Notes under the pieces: generated by a model
What the model was told of the DNA's origin: nothing
The model's input: only the letters and a program-made list of their open reading frames with translations
Database searches by the model: none
Translations under genes and position numbers: made by a program
Assembly: GCA_964624625.1 (NCBI GenBank)
Contig: CAZUXW010000003.1
Coordinates: 1,728-65,727 of the forward strand
Direction: 5' to 3'
Origin: an uncultured bacterium
Lineage (GTDB): Bacteria; Oederibacteriota; Muellerivitia; Muellerivitales; Muellerivitaceae
DNA: 64,000 bases
Shown here: one piece after another, positions 36,976 through 47,425 of the stretch
How the letters are laid out: every line of letters begins with the position of its first letter
How positions within the stretch are numbered: the first letter of the stretch is position 1

Positions 36976-39900
36976 CGGTTAACCGAGATGTTGAGGTCGT
37001 GGTAGGAATAATGAAGGGGATAATTGGGCCGGTAGGCTTCCCCGCGGATCCAATAATTTCCCTGCTTAAACATGACTGGGTCGGAGATGTCCCAGTTGTA
37101 AACCATGGGGGCGTTGGACGCGAAGGTCATCCCGTGGGCCGCCGAATTGCTGTAGACCCCGATGGTAGCCCCCGCGTTGTCCCCGGCGAAATACCAATTT
37201 TTCTCGTCGGTGGACCATTTGAAATTGACCCAGAGGCTCGTCGCGGCCGATTCGGTATAGGTGCTCAACGACAGGGGCGCCCCTGCCGCGTAGCCGGGAT
37301 ACTCGTCGGTATAGAAATTCGCCGTATTGGAGCTGATCCCGGGGTAACGGTACCAAATATTCGTGATGGCCTGGGAGAAGGAAACCCCTCCCGAGGTGGT
37401 GACAGGGCTGGTCAAGGTAATGCCGACCGTATAGGTGGAGCTGGTGGGATAGGGATATTGGTTGTTGGGGCTGTTGACATAGACCTTCACCATGGGCAAT
37501 TGGGCGATATGGGCCGCGCCCGCGTAACGGCCGCCGTCCAGGAAAGACCGCAACAGCATGGCCATGGTGATTTTACCCAAGGCGGAGGTATCGAAGGTTC
37601 CTTGGGGCGCCAATCCGGAAAAGCTGAAGAAACAGGCTTGCGACACGGGGGAGTTGATGGACATCTGCACCACGCCCACCGTGTGCCAGAGGGCGTCCGG
37701 AGAGGAAGGTCCCGCGCCGGGCCCGCCGACGTTGTCGTAAAAGACCCGGTTCACGCCGCCAATGGACGGCATGGAAAGAAGGGTCCTGCGGCCATTGGCC
37801 GCGTCACTGTAATAGCTGCTGTTCCACTCGGGCGGGAGGTTGCCCGAGATGTTATCGGTCCAGGCCCAGGGCCGGGATCCCACCAGGGGGCTTTCCATCG
37901 GGAAATTGGTGATGTAGTAATTATTATCCGCCAGGGTCGTGGAATTGGCCGTGCCGTTGAAGTCGTGCATGAAGCCTTTTTTACTGCCCGCTGCCGTTTC
38001 CCCGTTCATAAAGGCGATGGGAGCCCTGCCCCCGACGCCCCATTGGTAATCACGGTTGTAATCATAACCAGTTTGAAAGTCGGTCGCGCCAGTATTGATT
38101 TGCTGGAGAGGTACCCGCCAAAAACCGGAGGTTCCCGTGGGAAGGTTGCCGTAAGGCTCCCAGGAATTTTGAAACCAATCGTCGGGAGAAAGCTCCCCTT
38201 CCCAGGTGCGGGCGAACCAAACGGTGTTGGGGTCTTGGGATCCCCCTGAAATATAGCGCATAATGCTGCGGGCAACGCCGGCTCCCGCGGAGGAAGTCCA
38301 GTTATCCGAGTTTTGGATCTCGTCGATGGAAACGGCGCCGCTGTTGGCGAAAGCCGGATCCCAAGGTTTCTTATCGAACTGGAGCGAATTCACCCAAGGG
38401 TTATAGGTACTGCCGATCTCGCCTCCCTCGCTGGCGTGCCAAAAGCTGTAACCGTTCAAGTTGCCGTAGATGGTCGTGTTGTTCAACAGGCCGTGGCGGT
38501 AGGTGTAGTAATAGCGGGGAATATCCCTGAGATCATGGTCGGTCGTATCGTAACCGGCGGCGGTTTGGGTGAAGCCCGAATATCCGTTGTTACCGTCAAA
38601 ATCCCGGAAGTACCAGTTATAGCCGTCCGCGTCGATGGTAACCGCCGAATCGGTCGGGTCCACCACTGTCGTTCCAAATTTGACGTCGAGGTAGGGGCAA
38701 TCACGGGGATCGCCATTAAATTGGAAGCGCTCGGTCCAAGGCACGATACCGCTGGTGGAGGTTCCCACCGTCCCGGATCCGGTGCCGACCCAAAAATAAG
38801 TTCGAGATAGGTTCAGCTTTTGGTCCACCGATCCCGCGGAGGTTCCCGTGGTCAGGTCGTTGCCCAAGCGGGTTTCCACGGCGAATTGGCCTTGCGGAAT
38901 AAAACCGCTGGAAGTGTTTTTAAGGGCGATGATCCACCTGGCGGTATTTCTCGCCGTTTTGTTGGGAGCGATTAGATCCGTCGCGAAACTAACCGAACTA
39001 GCCGTATCCACAGGACAGGGAATATATTCGGCTCCGTAAAGCCTAGAGCTTTTCGCCAAGCCCGTCGTCACGCCGCCTGTGACAACCTCCGGGCACCTCA
39101 TGGGTGTGTTGAAAAGAGTTAAAAGCGTATCCGTACCATTGGGATGAGAAATGGAGGTTGCCATACCATAGACGGTGGTACTCGTATTCGCGATGGCGGC
39201 ATAACTGTAAGCCGTGGAAACTCCGGCATTATCCACGCCTCCAATGACCGCGGTGATCCCCATGTTGAGATAATCCATTTGAAGATTTGGAAAATAAAGC
39301 GAGATGGTGGAGGCCCGGTTGCCGATGGAAGTCGCTTGGGAGGTATCCAAAGCCGAGGGATCGATCAACCCGTCATAATAATTATAAACCCGCAAGGTCA
39401 CGCCGTTGCCGAATTTGCTATGGAGCAATTGGGGATGGGTCACCACTCGGCGGTAGCGGTTGCTGGTCGGGTCATAGACGCCTCCCGGCAAGGGATCGTC
39501 CAGGGGATCCTTGGCCGGGTCGGAGTAATTGCGCATATTGGGCAGGGGCAAAACTTCCCCGTGCATGGAAAGGATTAGGGCGTTTTTGTAGTTGGTGGAG
39601 CTGTTCAACTGCTCCAGGAACATGCGCAAGGTGGGAGCCGGCAGGTCCGAGGGTACGACCGGCTGGCCCTGGGCGACCTTGGCGGCTGCGGCGGCGATGG
39701 TGATGGCCGCGTATTGGGCCAGGGCGTCCGGATAGCGCATGTCCGCGTTATACATGTCGCACATTGCGGTTTTGTAGGGACTGTCCTGTAGGTTGTAGTC
39801 GAGCAGGATATTGCCTGCCGCTTGAAGTTCGGTATTATCAAAAAAATTGGCGTTGGAGAATGGTGGGGAAGCTGAATAATCCTGACCGCAAAGTCCTGGA

Positions 39901-40712
39901 TAAAGATAAACAAAGGGTAGATCACTCGTAGCATAGCCGGAAATGGTAGTCACTCCGCCTGCTATCGTATATCCAGTAATGGAAGCAGCAGCTTGGGCCG
40001 CGTTAATACTGGGACGGTAATAGGGATCCCGGCCATAGCCCGTTTGCGTGATGTTATGAAGGCGCAGTTCCAGGCCCGGGTTGCGTTCCTGGATATCCTG
40101 GGCGACCCGCTTGAAGGTGGGAACCATGCTGGGAATGGTGGTGAACCATCCCAAAACGTTGGAGAGTCCTAAGCAGTAAACATCCAGGACCTGCTTGGAC
40201 GATTCCACGCTGGCGATGGTCCTTAAGTAGCCCCCCACGGTGGCCAGGAGGTCGCCCGGATTGTTGGGGTCCGAGTCCGAATCGTAAAGCCAAACCTTCA
40301 CCACCACCTGCCTGGCCCAAACATCGTTGGGCACGTTGTTGACGGCGATTTGGCGCAGGTAGCGCATATGGCCGTTGGAGAGCCTGTTGCCGCTGAGCGG
40401 ATCCAGGGGATTGGCCGTGGGCAGGCCCGTGTCCACGAGTTGGTCCGTGGTCAGCACCGTGTTGTAGCTTTTACCGTCGCTGTAATTGTTGAGGACGGAA
40501 ACCCCCAATTTTTCCGATCCGTTGACCAGGGCCCTCAGTTCCTCGAACATTTGGATGGCCTTTTGGGTGGCGTAGGCCTTATCCGAGGCCTTGACCGTCT
40601 GCTTGGCCATGTAGGAACGGGCGATCATGACGCTGGAAGCCAGGATGGCCAGGAGCGCCACGGCGATGGAAAGTTCGACCAGGTTGTAGCCTTGTTGATT
40701 TAATTTTTTCAT
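36972..40712 (-). CDS. giant pilin-like protein (1246 aa) with prepilin-type N-terminus; putative pilus-associated adhesin
   Basis: MKKLNQQG|YNLVELSIAVALLAILASSVMIA class III signal with Glu5. The remainder is Asn/Thr/Ser/Tyr/Trp/Gly-rich, and I recognise no catalytic motifs in it. Confidence 0.65.
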   Translation of the reverse strand: MKKLNQQGYNLVELSIAVALLAILASSVMIARSYMAKQTVKASDKAYATQKAIQMFEELRALVNGSEKLGVSVLNNYSDGKSYNTVLTTDQLVDTGLPTANPLDPLSGNRLSNGHMRYLRQIAVNNVPNDVWARQVVVKVWLYDSDSDPNNPGDLLATVGGYLRTIASVESSKQVLDVYCLGLSNVLGWFTTIPSMVPTFKRVAQDIQERNPGLELRLHNITQTGYGRDPYYRPSINAAQAAASITGYTIAGGVTTISGYATSDLPFVYLYPGLCGQDYSASPPFSNANFFDNTELQAAGNILLDYNLQDSPYKTAMCDMYNADMRYPDALAQYAAITIAAAAAKVAQGQPVVPSDLPAPTLRMFLEQLNSSTNYKNALILSMHGEVLPLPNMRNYSDPAKDPLDDPLPGGVYDPTSNRYRRVVTHPQLLHSKFGNGVTLRVYNYYDGLIDPSALDTSQATSIGNRASTISLYFPNLQMDYLNMGITAVIGGVDNAGVSTAYSYAAIANTSTTVYGMATSISHPNGTDTLLTLFNTPMRCPEVVTGGVTTGLAKSSRLYGAEYIPCPVDTASSVSFATDLIAPNKTARNTARWIIALKNTSSGFIPQGQFAVETRLGNDLTTGTSAGSVDQKLNLSRTYFWVGTGSGTVGTSTSGIVPWTERFQFNGDPRDCPYLDVKFGTTVVDPTDSAVTIDADGYNWYFRDFDGNNGYSGFTQTAAGYDTTDHDLRDIPRYYYTYRHGLLNNTTIYGNLNGYSFWHASEGGEIGSTYNPWVNSLQFDKKPWDPAFANSGAVSIDEIQNSDNWTSSAGAGVARSIMRYISGGSQDPNTVWFARTWEGELSPDDWFQNSWEPYGNLPTGTSGFWRVPLQQINTGATDFQTGYDYNRDYQWGVGGRAPIAFMNGETAAGSKKGFMHDFNGTANSTTLADNNYYITNFPMESPLVGSRPWAWTDNISGNLPPEWNSSYYSDAANGRRTLLSMPSIGGVNRVFYDNVGGPGAGPSSPDALWHTVGVVQMSINSPVSQACFFSFSGLAPQGTFDTSALGKITMAMLLRSFLDGGRYAGAAHIAQLPMVKVYVNSPNNQYPYPTSSTYTVGITLTSPVTTSGGVSFSQAITNIWYRYPGISSNTANFYTDEYPGYAAGAPLSLSTYTESAATSLWVNFKWSTDEKNWYFAGDNAGATIGVYSNSAAHGMTFASNAPMVYNWDISDPVMFKQGNYWIRGEAYRPNYPLHYSYHDLNISVNR

Positions 40713-40737
40713 TTTCGTCCCGTCCTTTCAACGCTTC

Positions 40738-42489
40738 CTACAAGTTCGGTATGGCCAATAAGGTTCTTCGGGCGGAGATGGTTTCCCGGTATTGGGCCAC
40801 CAGGTTTTTCGCCTGGAGAATTTGGCCCGGGTTATAAGTGACCTTGGCGTAGCTGCTGCCGGTCCCGTTCAAGTAAAGAAGGCCCGGCCTGGCGTGGAAA
40901 TAAGGCTGGCCCATGATGAGGGCTCCCTCGATCTCGCAGCCCGCGAGGACCGTCACATCGCCCGTCACGAAAACCACGCCCTTATAGCTGCTGGGCAATA
41001 CGGTGGAGGTCCCCGGATTCAAGGTCAAATCCCCATCCACGATCAGGATTCCGGAGGCGCGGAGGGTGTCGTAGGGCGGGTCCAAGTTTCCGTCATAAGT
41101 CAGGTTGCCCGTGAAATAGGTAAGCTTCCAATCGCTGGTGATGGTGAGGGGCGAGTTGTTATCGCCGGTGTAATCCGCCAGGCTTTTTAATTCCTGTAGG
41201 GACATGCCGAAGACCGATTGGTCCAGGGTGAGGTCGGTAACGGTGATGGGCGCCGGACCCACTCCGACCGTGGGCGTGGGGTAATTAAAGCAATAGGCGT
41301 TCCCGTCCATATCGGTGGTGTTGGACCCGGGAACCACGCAGGCCCCGGTGGCCGGGGGAATGACCGGTGTTCGGGTAAAGGTGGAGGTAAAGGTGGCCGT
41401 GGGTTGGACGGTTCCGGTAAAGGTGATGGAGGGGGTGAAGGTGAAGGTATCGGTGGGAATCAAGAATCCCGGGGTGCTGGTGGAAGTCGGGGTTTGAGTG
41501 GGTGTGTTGGACGGCGAATTGGTCGGGGTTTTAGTAGGCGTGTTGGTGGGGGTAACAGTCGGCGTGTTCGTCGGGGTTCTCGTGGGAGTATTGGTGGGGG
41601 TAATGGTCGGAGTGTTACTTGGTGTATTGGTGGGGGTAATGGTCGGTGTGGCCGTCGGGGTTCTGGTGGGAGTAGGGGTCGACGAATTTGTCGGCGTGGC
41701 CGTCGGGGTTCTGGTGGGAGTAGGGGTCGGTGTGTTACTCGGGGTTTTAGTGGGGGTAGCGGTCGATGAATCAGTCGGCGTGTTCGTGGGGGTTTTGGTG
41801 GGAGTAGTAGTTGGCGTGTTCGTCGGCGTATTGGTAGCCGTCAAGGTCGCGGTAAGGGTAAACGTCTTGGTGAAGGTAGTGGTAAAGGTGGGAGTGGGGC
41901 TATTCGTCGGGGTAAAGGTCGGGGTAATCGTCGGGGAATTGGTGGGGGTACGGGTAAAGGTATTGGCCAAGGTCAGCGTAAAAGTTTGGGTGGGAGTTGC
42001 CGTATTGCAGGGCACCGTAAAGGGAATGGCGTCCGAATCCTGGGTCGTAACGACCGCGGGGCATTGGGGAGCAGCATTATGCCTGGCGGAAACGACAAGG
42101 AACCCCGAGGTAAAACCGGCGGGAATGGTGAGGGTCTGGCTGATGACCTTAGGACTGGCGGTGCAGGTGACATTGCAAGAGGCGGAATTGCAGCCGCCGC
42201 AAAGGGCGAAAACATCGCCCGCGTCCATGACATTATCCGCCGAAAAGGCGTAGTTTAAATCATAGGACCCTGTGGTGAAATTGGTGATTTGAAAATTGAC
42301 GGTGACGGTCCCTCCGACGTTGCCGCAATTCGTCGAAACACTGGTAATGGTCACGGTCGTTAGGGACGCGGCCCGTGCCTGGGGAACCCCCGCGCCTAAC
42401 CACAAGCCCAGCAGCAAGCAGAAGGCTCCGGCCTTCATGCCGGATCGGGTTGGCGGGGTTAAGTTCGTTGGTGTGACTTTCGATACCAT
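40738..42489 (-). CDS. secreted protein with a ~150-aa (T/N)TPT(N/R)TPT repeat linker
   Basis: Signal peptide [23 protein letters not shown]|AS. Cys-rich N-domain, long TPT repeat region, C-terminal domain. ATG 42489 has AAGGA 8 nt upstream. The ORF-finder TTG start is at 42516. Confidence 0.6.
   Translation of the reverse strand: MVSKVTPTNLTPPTRSGMKAGAFCLLLGLWLGAGVPQARAASLTTVTITSVSTNCGNVGGTVTVNFQITNFTTGSYDLNYAFSADNVMDAGDVFALCGGCNSASCNVTCTASPKVISQTLTIPAGFTSGFLVVSARHNAAPQCPAVVTTQDSDAIPFTVPCNTATPTQTFTLTLANTFTRTPTNSPTITPTFTPTNSPTPTFTTTFTKTFTLTATLTATNTPTNTPTTTPTKTPTNTPTDSSTATPTKTPSNTPTPTPTRTPTATPTNSSTPTPTRTPTATPTITPTNTPSNTPTITPTNTPTRTPTNTPTVTPTNTPTKTPTNSPSNTPTQTPTSTSTPGFLIPTDTFTFTPSITFTGTVQPTATFTSTFTRTPVIPPATGACVVPGSNTTDMDGNAYCFNYPTPTVGVGPAPITVTDLTLDQSVFGMSLQELKSLADYTGDNNSPLTITSDWKLTYFTGNLTYDGNLDPPYDTLRASGILIVDGDLTLNPGTSTVLPSSYKGVVFVTGDVTVLAGCEIEGALIMGQPYFHARPGLLYLNGTGSSYAKVTYNPGQILQAKNLVAQYRETISARRTLLAIPNL
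41480..41950. repeat. coding tandem repeat (12/24/57-nt periodicities) encoding the TPT-rich linker
   Basis: Reiterated gtcggNgtgttNgtNggggtt... units. A near-identical ~57-bp unit (..tggccgtcggggttctggtgggagtaggggtcg..) is duplicated in tandem. Confidence 0.7.
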
Positions 42490-42544
42490 GTCGCTGTCCT
42501 TTTTAGTCTGCCGCAATTGTCGCTGTCTCGAGGCTCCCGGCCCC

Positions 42545-43561
42545 TTACTTGGTCATGGAGATGGCCGGATAAGTTCCGGTTCCCGAGACCGAACCGCCGA
42601 AAAGATAAGTTTGGTTGTTCTTGAGGTAAATTTGGGTGGTGCTGTTCACGTAAACCCCGGCGGTAATGTTGTTGATGTCGGTGGTGGGCATATTCAAGGC
42701 GAGCTTGCGGTACTCGGTGCTGAACTTGGCCTGGGCCAGGACTTTTCCGGCCAGACCCGTGGTGCCGGGAACCGGCGTCGCGTAACCGTACTTCCAAGTT
42801 CCGTCGGGATTGGTTTGCTTGTCGAAGCGCCGGTAGACGATGCCGCGGCTGACGACGGTCCAGATCATGCCGTCCCCGCTGACGAGCCCCGTGGAACTGC
42901 GTATGCTGGTGACGTCATGGGCCGCGTCCGGATCGGTGGCGCCGACCGGCTGCTTTTTAATCTCGTACCTGCCCCACAAGAGGGCCTCCGCCGTCACCGC
43001 GCTGTCAATCGGATATTCGTTGACGATGCCGATATTCGAGTCCAAGGTGTCGGATAACTGGAGATTGGGGTTGTTTTGCGGATTGAAGGCCTGGTCCACG
43101 TAGGAAAAGGAGACGCCTGTCGCGGGGTTGGTGGCGAAGGTGGCGGGCGCCGCCACTTTTTCCGTATAGGAAGAATTGGGATAGGCCCTCACCACGTAGT
43201 CGCCCCCCGCGCCTGGCTGGCGCCGGAACCAACTCAAGGCGTCGACGAGGCCGGCCCTGGACACATTCTCGGCTTCGGAAACGAACAACTCCCTCTGTTG
43301 GACCTCTTTGGAGGCGTAGTTGATCAGCTTCACCCCGGTGGTGATCAAAATGGTCGCGATCAGCATGAACATGATGGCCAAAATGAGGGCCGAGCCATGG
43401 TCTTTTTGGGTGTTGGGAATAAAAAAGAAGGGTTTTTTGCCAAGACGGAACGAGGAGTACGGGTTTAAAAATCCCCGGCGAAGGCGTGTCGAATTAAATT
43501 GTCGCAGGTGTTGATCCATAATCTGCCGCTCCCGACCCGTTAATATTCCATAATTTATCAT
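42545..43561 (-). CDS. PilX/GspK-like minor (pseudo)pilin-type protein (start uncertain)
   Basis: Hydrophobic segment [23 protein letters not shown] resembles PilX_N/GspK N-termini (GSALIxALxxxLxL). 338-aa ORF. Candidate ATGs at 43561 and 43519. Confidence 0.45.
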   Translation of the reverse strand: MINYGILTGRERQIMDQHLRQFNSTRLRRGFLNPYSSFRLGKKPFFFIPNTQKDHGSALILAIMFMLIATILITTGVKLINYASKEVQQRELFVSEAENVSRAGLVDALSWFRRQPGAGGDYVVRAYPNSSYTEKVAAPATFATNPATGVSFSYVDQAFNPQNNPNLQLSDTLDSNIGIVNEYPIDSAVTAEALLWGRYEIKKQPVGATDPDAAHDVTSIRSSTGLVSGDGMIWTVVSRGIVYRRFDKQTNPDGTWKYGYATPVPGTTGLAGKVLAQAKFSTEYRKLALNMPTTDINNITAGVYVNSTTQIYLKNNQTYLFGGSVSGTGTYPAISMTK

Positions 43562-43921
43562 GAAATCCAGAAAAACGCCGGAGCGGCAACTCCATTGGAA
43601 CGCTTTCTAAACTTCGACTTCCGACCTCATTATCCACCCATTGTTTTTATTAGTCAATTAACGTTCAAACAAATCCGGGAAAACGACCCGCATTCCCCCC
43701 AACCCCATGGGTTGATTGGGATGACGGCTCGCTAGGGGTAGCAGATTGGACAATCAAGGAAGATTTTGACCCAAAAAGGTATTTTTCCAGGAATTTTCAC
43801 CAAAGCCCTGAAAGACCGCCTTGCGTAAGGCGCCGCTTCGGCCTGGAAGGTGCCGGTGGGTTTGGCGAGGGTTCCCTTACTTCCAAAGGCCGTCTTCTGG
43901 AGCGGACTGGTCCGCTCTGCT

Positions 43922-44773
43922 TTATTTTGTAAATTCAGCGACCAAAAAAGTATGGTCCGAGGGTCTTTCCAGTCCCCGGGGCTTGGTGTCGATCCATATT
44001 TTTTGAAGCCTTTGAACCATGGGCGGCGTGCCGAGGATATGGTCGATTCTCCAGCCCAGGTTTTTCTCGAAGGTTCCCGGCTGGCGGAAATCCCAAAAGG
44101 TATAGTGCCCCGGCTCTTTGATTTTTTCCCGGAACAGGTCCGTCCATTTCCCCTTCATGGTCTGGGCGTAGGCCTCACGGGCGTCAATGTGGAAACAAGG
44201 GTGGTCCTTGTTCCCCTTAGGATTGTTCAAGTCGATCTCCGTGGGGGCCACGTTCATGTCGCCCATCCAGAGGGCCGGCTGGGTGGCCGGCACGTTCTTA
44301 TCAAAATATTTTTTCAGGTCCGTGAAGAACTTAAGCTTGTACTGGTATTTATCCGACTCGATGTCAAACCCCTGGGGGATGTAGGTGTTGATCAGCTTGA
44401 TTCCCTCGAACTCACCCACGAGAAACCGCGCCTGCTCCTCCGGATCCTTGGGGTAGAGGCGGTTCACGAGGATCTCCACCGGTTTTTTCGAGACGAAGGC
44501 CACGCCGTTGTAACTCTTCTGGCCCCGGAAAACCACTTTCCATCCCGCCGCCTCAAAGGCCTCCCGGGGGAACTCATGGTCCTGGACCTTGGTTTCCTGG
44601 ATGGACAAAACATCCGGCTGTTCCTTCTTGAGCCAATCCAGGACGATCGGAAGCCTGGCCCGGACCGAGTTGGCGTTGAAGGTGGCGATTTTGAACGTGC
44701 CGCCTTTTGATTTCGGGGATTTCGCCGGCGAGGGCTTGGATTTGGAAACCTTGGGCATTGCCACACCTCTCAA
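43922..44773 (-). CDS. xth: exodeoxyribonuclease III with a Lys/Ser/Pro-rich N-terminal extension
   Basis: IATFNANSVRAR...VLSIQETK...WMGDMNVAPTEID...RIDHIL matches the ExoIII/APE1 catalytic motifs. N-terminus PKVSKSKPSPAKSPKSKGG. Confidence 0.85.
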   Translation of the reverse strand: MRGVAMPKVSKSKPSPAKSPKSKGGTFKIATFNANSVRARLPIVLDWLKKEQPDVLSIQETKVQDHEFPREAFEAAGWKVVFRGQKSYNGVAFVSKKPVEILVNRLYPKDPEEQARFLVGEFEGIKLINTYIPQGFDIESDKYQYKLKFFTDLKKYFDKNVPATQPALWMGDMNVAPTEIDLNNPKGNKDHPCFHIDAREAYAQTMKGKWTDLFREKIKEPGHYTFWDFRQPGTFEKNLGWRIDHILGTPPMVQRLQKIWIDTKPRGLERPSDHTFLVAEFTK

Positions 44774-44889
44774 GCTAAAATTGCACGAAGCCGCGGGTAA
44801 AGGGGAGGATTAAGGACGAATTCATTTTCGTTAAGCCTATCGGCGGCTTCCTTCATCCCCTTCCCCCGCGGCAAAACAGTCCAGTCCTT

Positions 44890-45192
44890 TTACATTTCGT
44901 AATCCGTAACCCGCCTTTCGGCGGCGTACTTCTTCACCAACTCGGCCACCTTGAGGTGCTCCGGGTGTTTTTGATAAATGTCCAGGTCCTGGCGGGTCTT
45001 GAATTCCGAGTAAAGGGATAGATCGCAGGCGATCTCCGCGGGGTTGAAATTAACCCCGCATTCCAAAAAATAGATTTCTTGAATCTTCATCCTCAGCCCT
45101 TCCAGGGCCTCCTTCAACAGGGTGGCGGCTTCGGTCCTGGATTTGCCTTCCACCGAATCCTTCAATTTCCACAACACGATGTGCTTGATCAT
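44890..45192 (-). CDS. Dabb-family stress-responsive alpha/beta-barrel protein
   Basis: 100 aa; MIKHIVLWKLKD...HPEHLKV pattern typical of the Dabb domain. Confidence 0.6.
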   Translation of the reverse strand: MIKHIVLWKLKDSVEGKSRTEAATLLKEALEGLRMKIQEIYFLECGVNFNPAEIACDLSLYSEFKTRQDLDIYQKHPEHLKVAELVKKYAAERRVTDYEM

Positions 45193-45373
45193 ATTGCCTC
45201 TCGGGGAACTAAACTTGGGATTGGCTATTATTCTTCAGTCTGGTCGAAAAATGAAACGGTTTTCGAGGGAGCAGGTCGAAAATCCAGGCGCCGGACCCCT
45301 GTTTTTAGGCTTTAAAGTGCCGGAGAAAAACGTTAAGTTAAGTCGCATTCATCAGCCTCACGGAGGAACATTC

Positions 45374-46186
45374 ATGGGATTACTTTCAGGGAAAAAAGCC
45401 TTTATTTTCGGCGTCGCCAACGACCGGTCCATCGCCTGGGGCATCGCCAAAGCCTTGCACGCGGAAGGCGCGGAGGTGGGTTTTAATTTCCTGGGAGAAG
45501 CCCTGGAAAAACGCGTCCGGCCCTTGGCGGATTCATTAGGCGCCAAACTCATTCTTCCCTGCGATGTTTCCAAAGATGAGGAAATCAACGCCTTATATAA
45601 GAAGGTAGCCGAAACTTGGGGCAAGTTTGACATCCTGATCCATTGTATCGCCTTCGCGAATAAAGACGATTTAACCGGAGCCTTTTCCAACACCAGCCGG
45701 GCGGGATTCCACTTAGCCATGGATATCTCCGCTTACAGCCTCATTGCCATCACCAAACCAGCGGTTCCGCTTTTAAACGAAGGGGCCAGTATTATCGCTT
45801 TGACCTATTACGGTTCCGTGAAGGTGATTCCCAATTACAACATTATGGGCGTGGCGAAAGCCGCCCTCGAAAGCACGGTGCGTTATTTGGCTTATGATTT
45901 GGGACCCAAGGGCATCCGGGTCAACGCCATCTCCGCCGGACCCATCAAGACTCTGGCCGCCTCCGCCGTAGGCGGGATTAAGACCATGTTGAAGGCCGCT
46001 GGTGAAATGACCCCCTTGAAGCGGAATGTGTCCCAAGACGAGGTGGGAACCACGGCCACCTACCTGGCCAGTTCCTGGTCCTCGGGCGTGACGGGCGAGG
46101 TGATTTACGTGGACGCCGGGGGCAATATCGTGGGCATGCACTTTGACGAGAAAAAAGAAGAGGGTTCCGCTCCCGCCGCTACTTGA
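45374..46186 (+). CDS. fabI: enoyl-[acyl-carrier-protein] reductase (NADH), FabI
   Basis: GKKAFIFGVANDRSIAWGIA Rossmann motif, Y-x6-K (YNIMGVAKAALE) catalytic motif, SAGPIKT. GGAGG 7 nt upstream of ATG 45374. The ORF-finder's 5' extension overlaps the Dabb gene. Confidence 0.88.
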   Translation: MGLLSGKKAFIFGVANDRSIAWGIAKALHAEGAEVGFNFLGEALEKRVRPLADSLGAKLILPCDVSKDEEINALYKKVAETWGKFDILIHCIAFANKDDLTGAFSNTSRAGFHLAMDISAYSLIAITKPAVPLLNEGASIIALTYYGSVKVIPNYNIMGVAKAALESTVRYLAYDLGPKGIRVNAISAGPIKTLAASAVGGIKTMLKAAGEMTPLKRNVSQDEVGTTATYLASSWSSGVTGEVIYVDAGGNIVGMHFDEKKEEGSAPAAT

Positions 46187-46595
46187 GGTCCTGGGGTATG
46201 AAGCAATAGGACATGCTCTTGATCTTGTCCACCGTCAAATGTCGGAACACGACGTGCCACCTAAAAGTTTCTTCCGAATCTGAAATGGCGACCCTGCTGA
46301 TTTCAAATTGACCCAGGGACGCCAGTTCCCCTCCCGGCAAGGGCACCGAATAGTCCACCGTTAGGACCCAGGTTTGGGCCTCACTGAAGGCCAGGGTGTG
46401 AAGCCCTGAGCAGTCCAATGCCCTTCCAAAACTTTCCGAGAAAGCCAAAAGCTCCACCGCGTCCTTCGGCCAGCGGTTTTTTTCCATCCTGAAAACCTGG
46501 ATCATCGGGACGATTTGCTCGAAATGCAATTCTTCCTGCGTCATGTCGGCCTCCTGAAAGACCTTGGGGGTTGGGATTGTCCTGGAAGAGTTCAA
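46179..46595 (-). CDS. hypothetical protein (138 aa)
   Basis: ORF overlapping the radC stop by 4 nt. No recognised motifs. Confidence 0.4.
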   Translation of the reverse strand: MNSSRTIPTPKVFQEADMTQEELHFEQIVPMIQVFRMEKNRWPKDAVELLAFSESFGRALDCSGLHTLAFSEAQTWVLTVDYSVPLPGGELASLGQFEISRVAISDSEETFRWHVVFRHLTVDKIKSMSYCFIPQDLK

Positions 46596-47407
46596 GCCAA
46601 TAACCCTGCCTGGCGGAATGAAAAATGTCCTTCCGTCGTTAAGATCAGGTGGTCATGAACAGTGATTCCCATGGCCCGGGAAGCGGTGAGAATCTGCCGG
46701 GTCAATTGCTTATCCCCCTCGGACGGTTCCAAACTTCCCGCCGGATGGTTGTGGGCGAGAATGAGCCCCGTCGCATGGAGCTCCAACGAGCGCTTGATAA
46801 TTTCGCGCGGGTAGACCGCCGTATGGTCCACCGTGCCTTCTTGCAGGTGCTCGAAGGCCAGCAGATGGTTGCGGTGGTCCAAAAAAAGGGCGGTAAAGAC
46901 TTCCCGGGGCCTGCTTCCGATTTGCTCCCGGAGAAAGGACGCCACGTCGTCCGGGCTGGCGATAACCCTTCCCCTTTTAAAATCCTCCCGGGGAACCATC
47001 CGGTATAAGTCCCCCATGGCCTTTAAATGAAGGGCGCTTTGGGGCGGCAGCCCTCCCAGGGTTTGAAGGGTGGTGATATCCGAGTCCAGGATCCTCCGGA
47101 TATTCTTGAAAACCGAAAGAAGTTTTTTCGCGTAGGGTTTGGTATCCCGGTGGGGAATGGAGAAGGAAAGCAGCAGCTCCAAAAGCTCGTAGTCCTGAAG
47201 CGCCCTGGCCCCCAGGGTCGCGTACCTTTCCTTCAAACGGCGCCGGTGGCCTAAATAATCGGGATGCTCCCCTTTTAAATCCAACGCCAGGGCCGGCTCA
47301 TGGGCATCGGCCCCCGGCCCCTTGGGGTTTGGGGGCGGGAAGGCGGGGGCCGCTTTTTCCCGGCAACCGGGCAATTCCTTTGTGTTTTGAAGCTCCATTT
47401 CCACCAT
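46592..47407 (-). CDS. radC: RadC-family JAB/MPN-domain protein
   Basis: C-terminal HNHPAGSLEPSEGDKQLT (JAMM-like H-x-H...S..D motif) with an upstream helix-hairpin-helix region. Has an N-terminal extension. Confidence 0.8.
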   Translation of the reverse strand: MVEMELQNTKELPGCREKAAPAFPPPNPKGPGADAHEPALALDLKGEHPDYLGHRRRLKERYATLGARALQDYELLELLLSFSIPHRDTKPYAKKLLSVFKNIRRILDSDITTLQTLGGLPPQSALHLKAMGDLYRMVPREDFKRGRVIASPDDVASFLREQIGSRPREVFTALFLDHRNHLLAFEHLQEGTVDHTAVYPREIIKRSLELHATGLILAHNHPAGSLEPSEGDKQLTRQILTASRAMGITVHDHLILTTEGHFSFRQAGLLA

Positions 47408-47425
47408 GTTCGTCCTCCTTTTTTG

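Noticed and set aside
36999-38249. 416-aa plus-strand ORF antisense to the giant pilin-like gene, and similar long antisense ORFs (3299-4036, 4190-5122, 19494-20276, 21756-22607, 29303-30079, 43850-44710).
   Set aside because: They are fully embedded antisense to genes with strong family signatures or RBSs. Their Arg/Gly/Pro-rich composition is typical of GC-rich shadow frames.
41498-42253. Plus-strand ORF encoding (GVLVGV)n.
   Set aside because: It is the reverse-strand reading of the TPT-repeat coding tract. It is repeat-driven, not an independent gene.
43893-43924. Hairpin GAGCGGAC tg GTCCGCTC near the xth stop, as a terminator.
   Set aside because: On the xth (minus) strand it is not followed by a U-run. 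The T-run is on the plus strand, where no gene terminates. Weak or uncertain.
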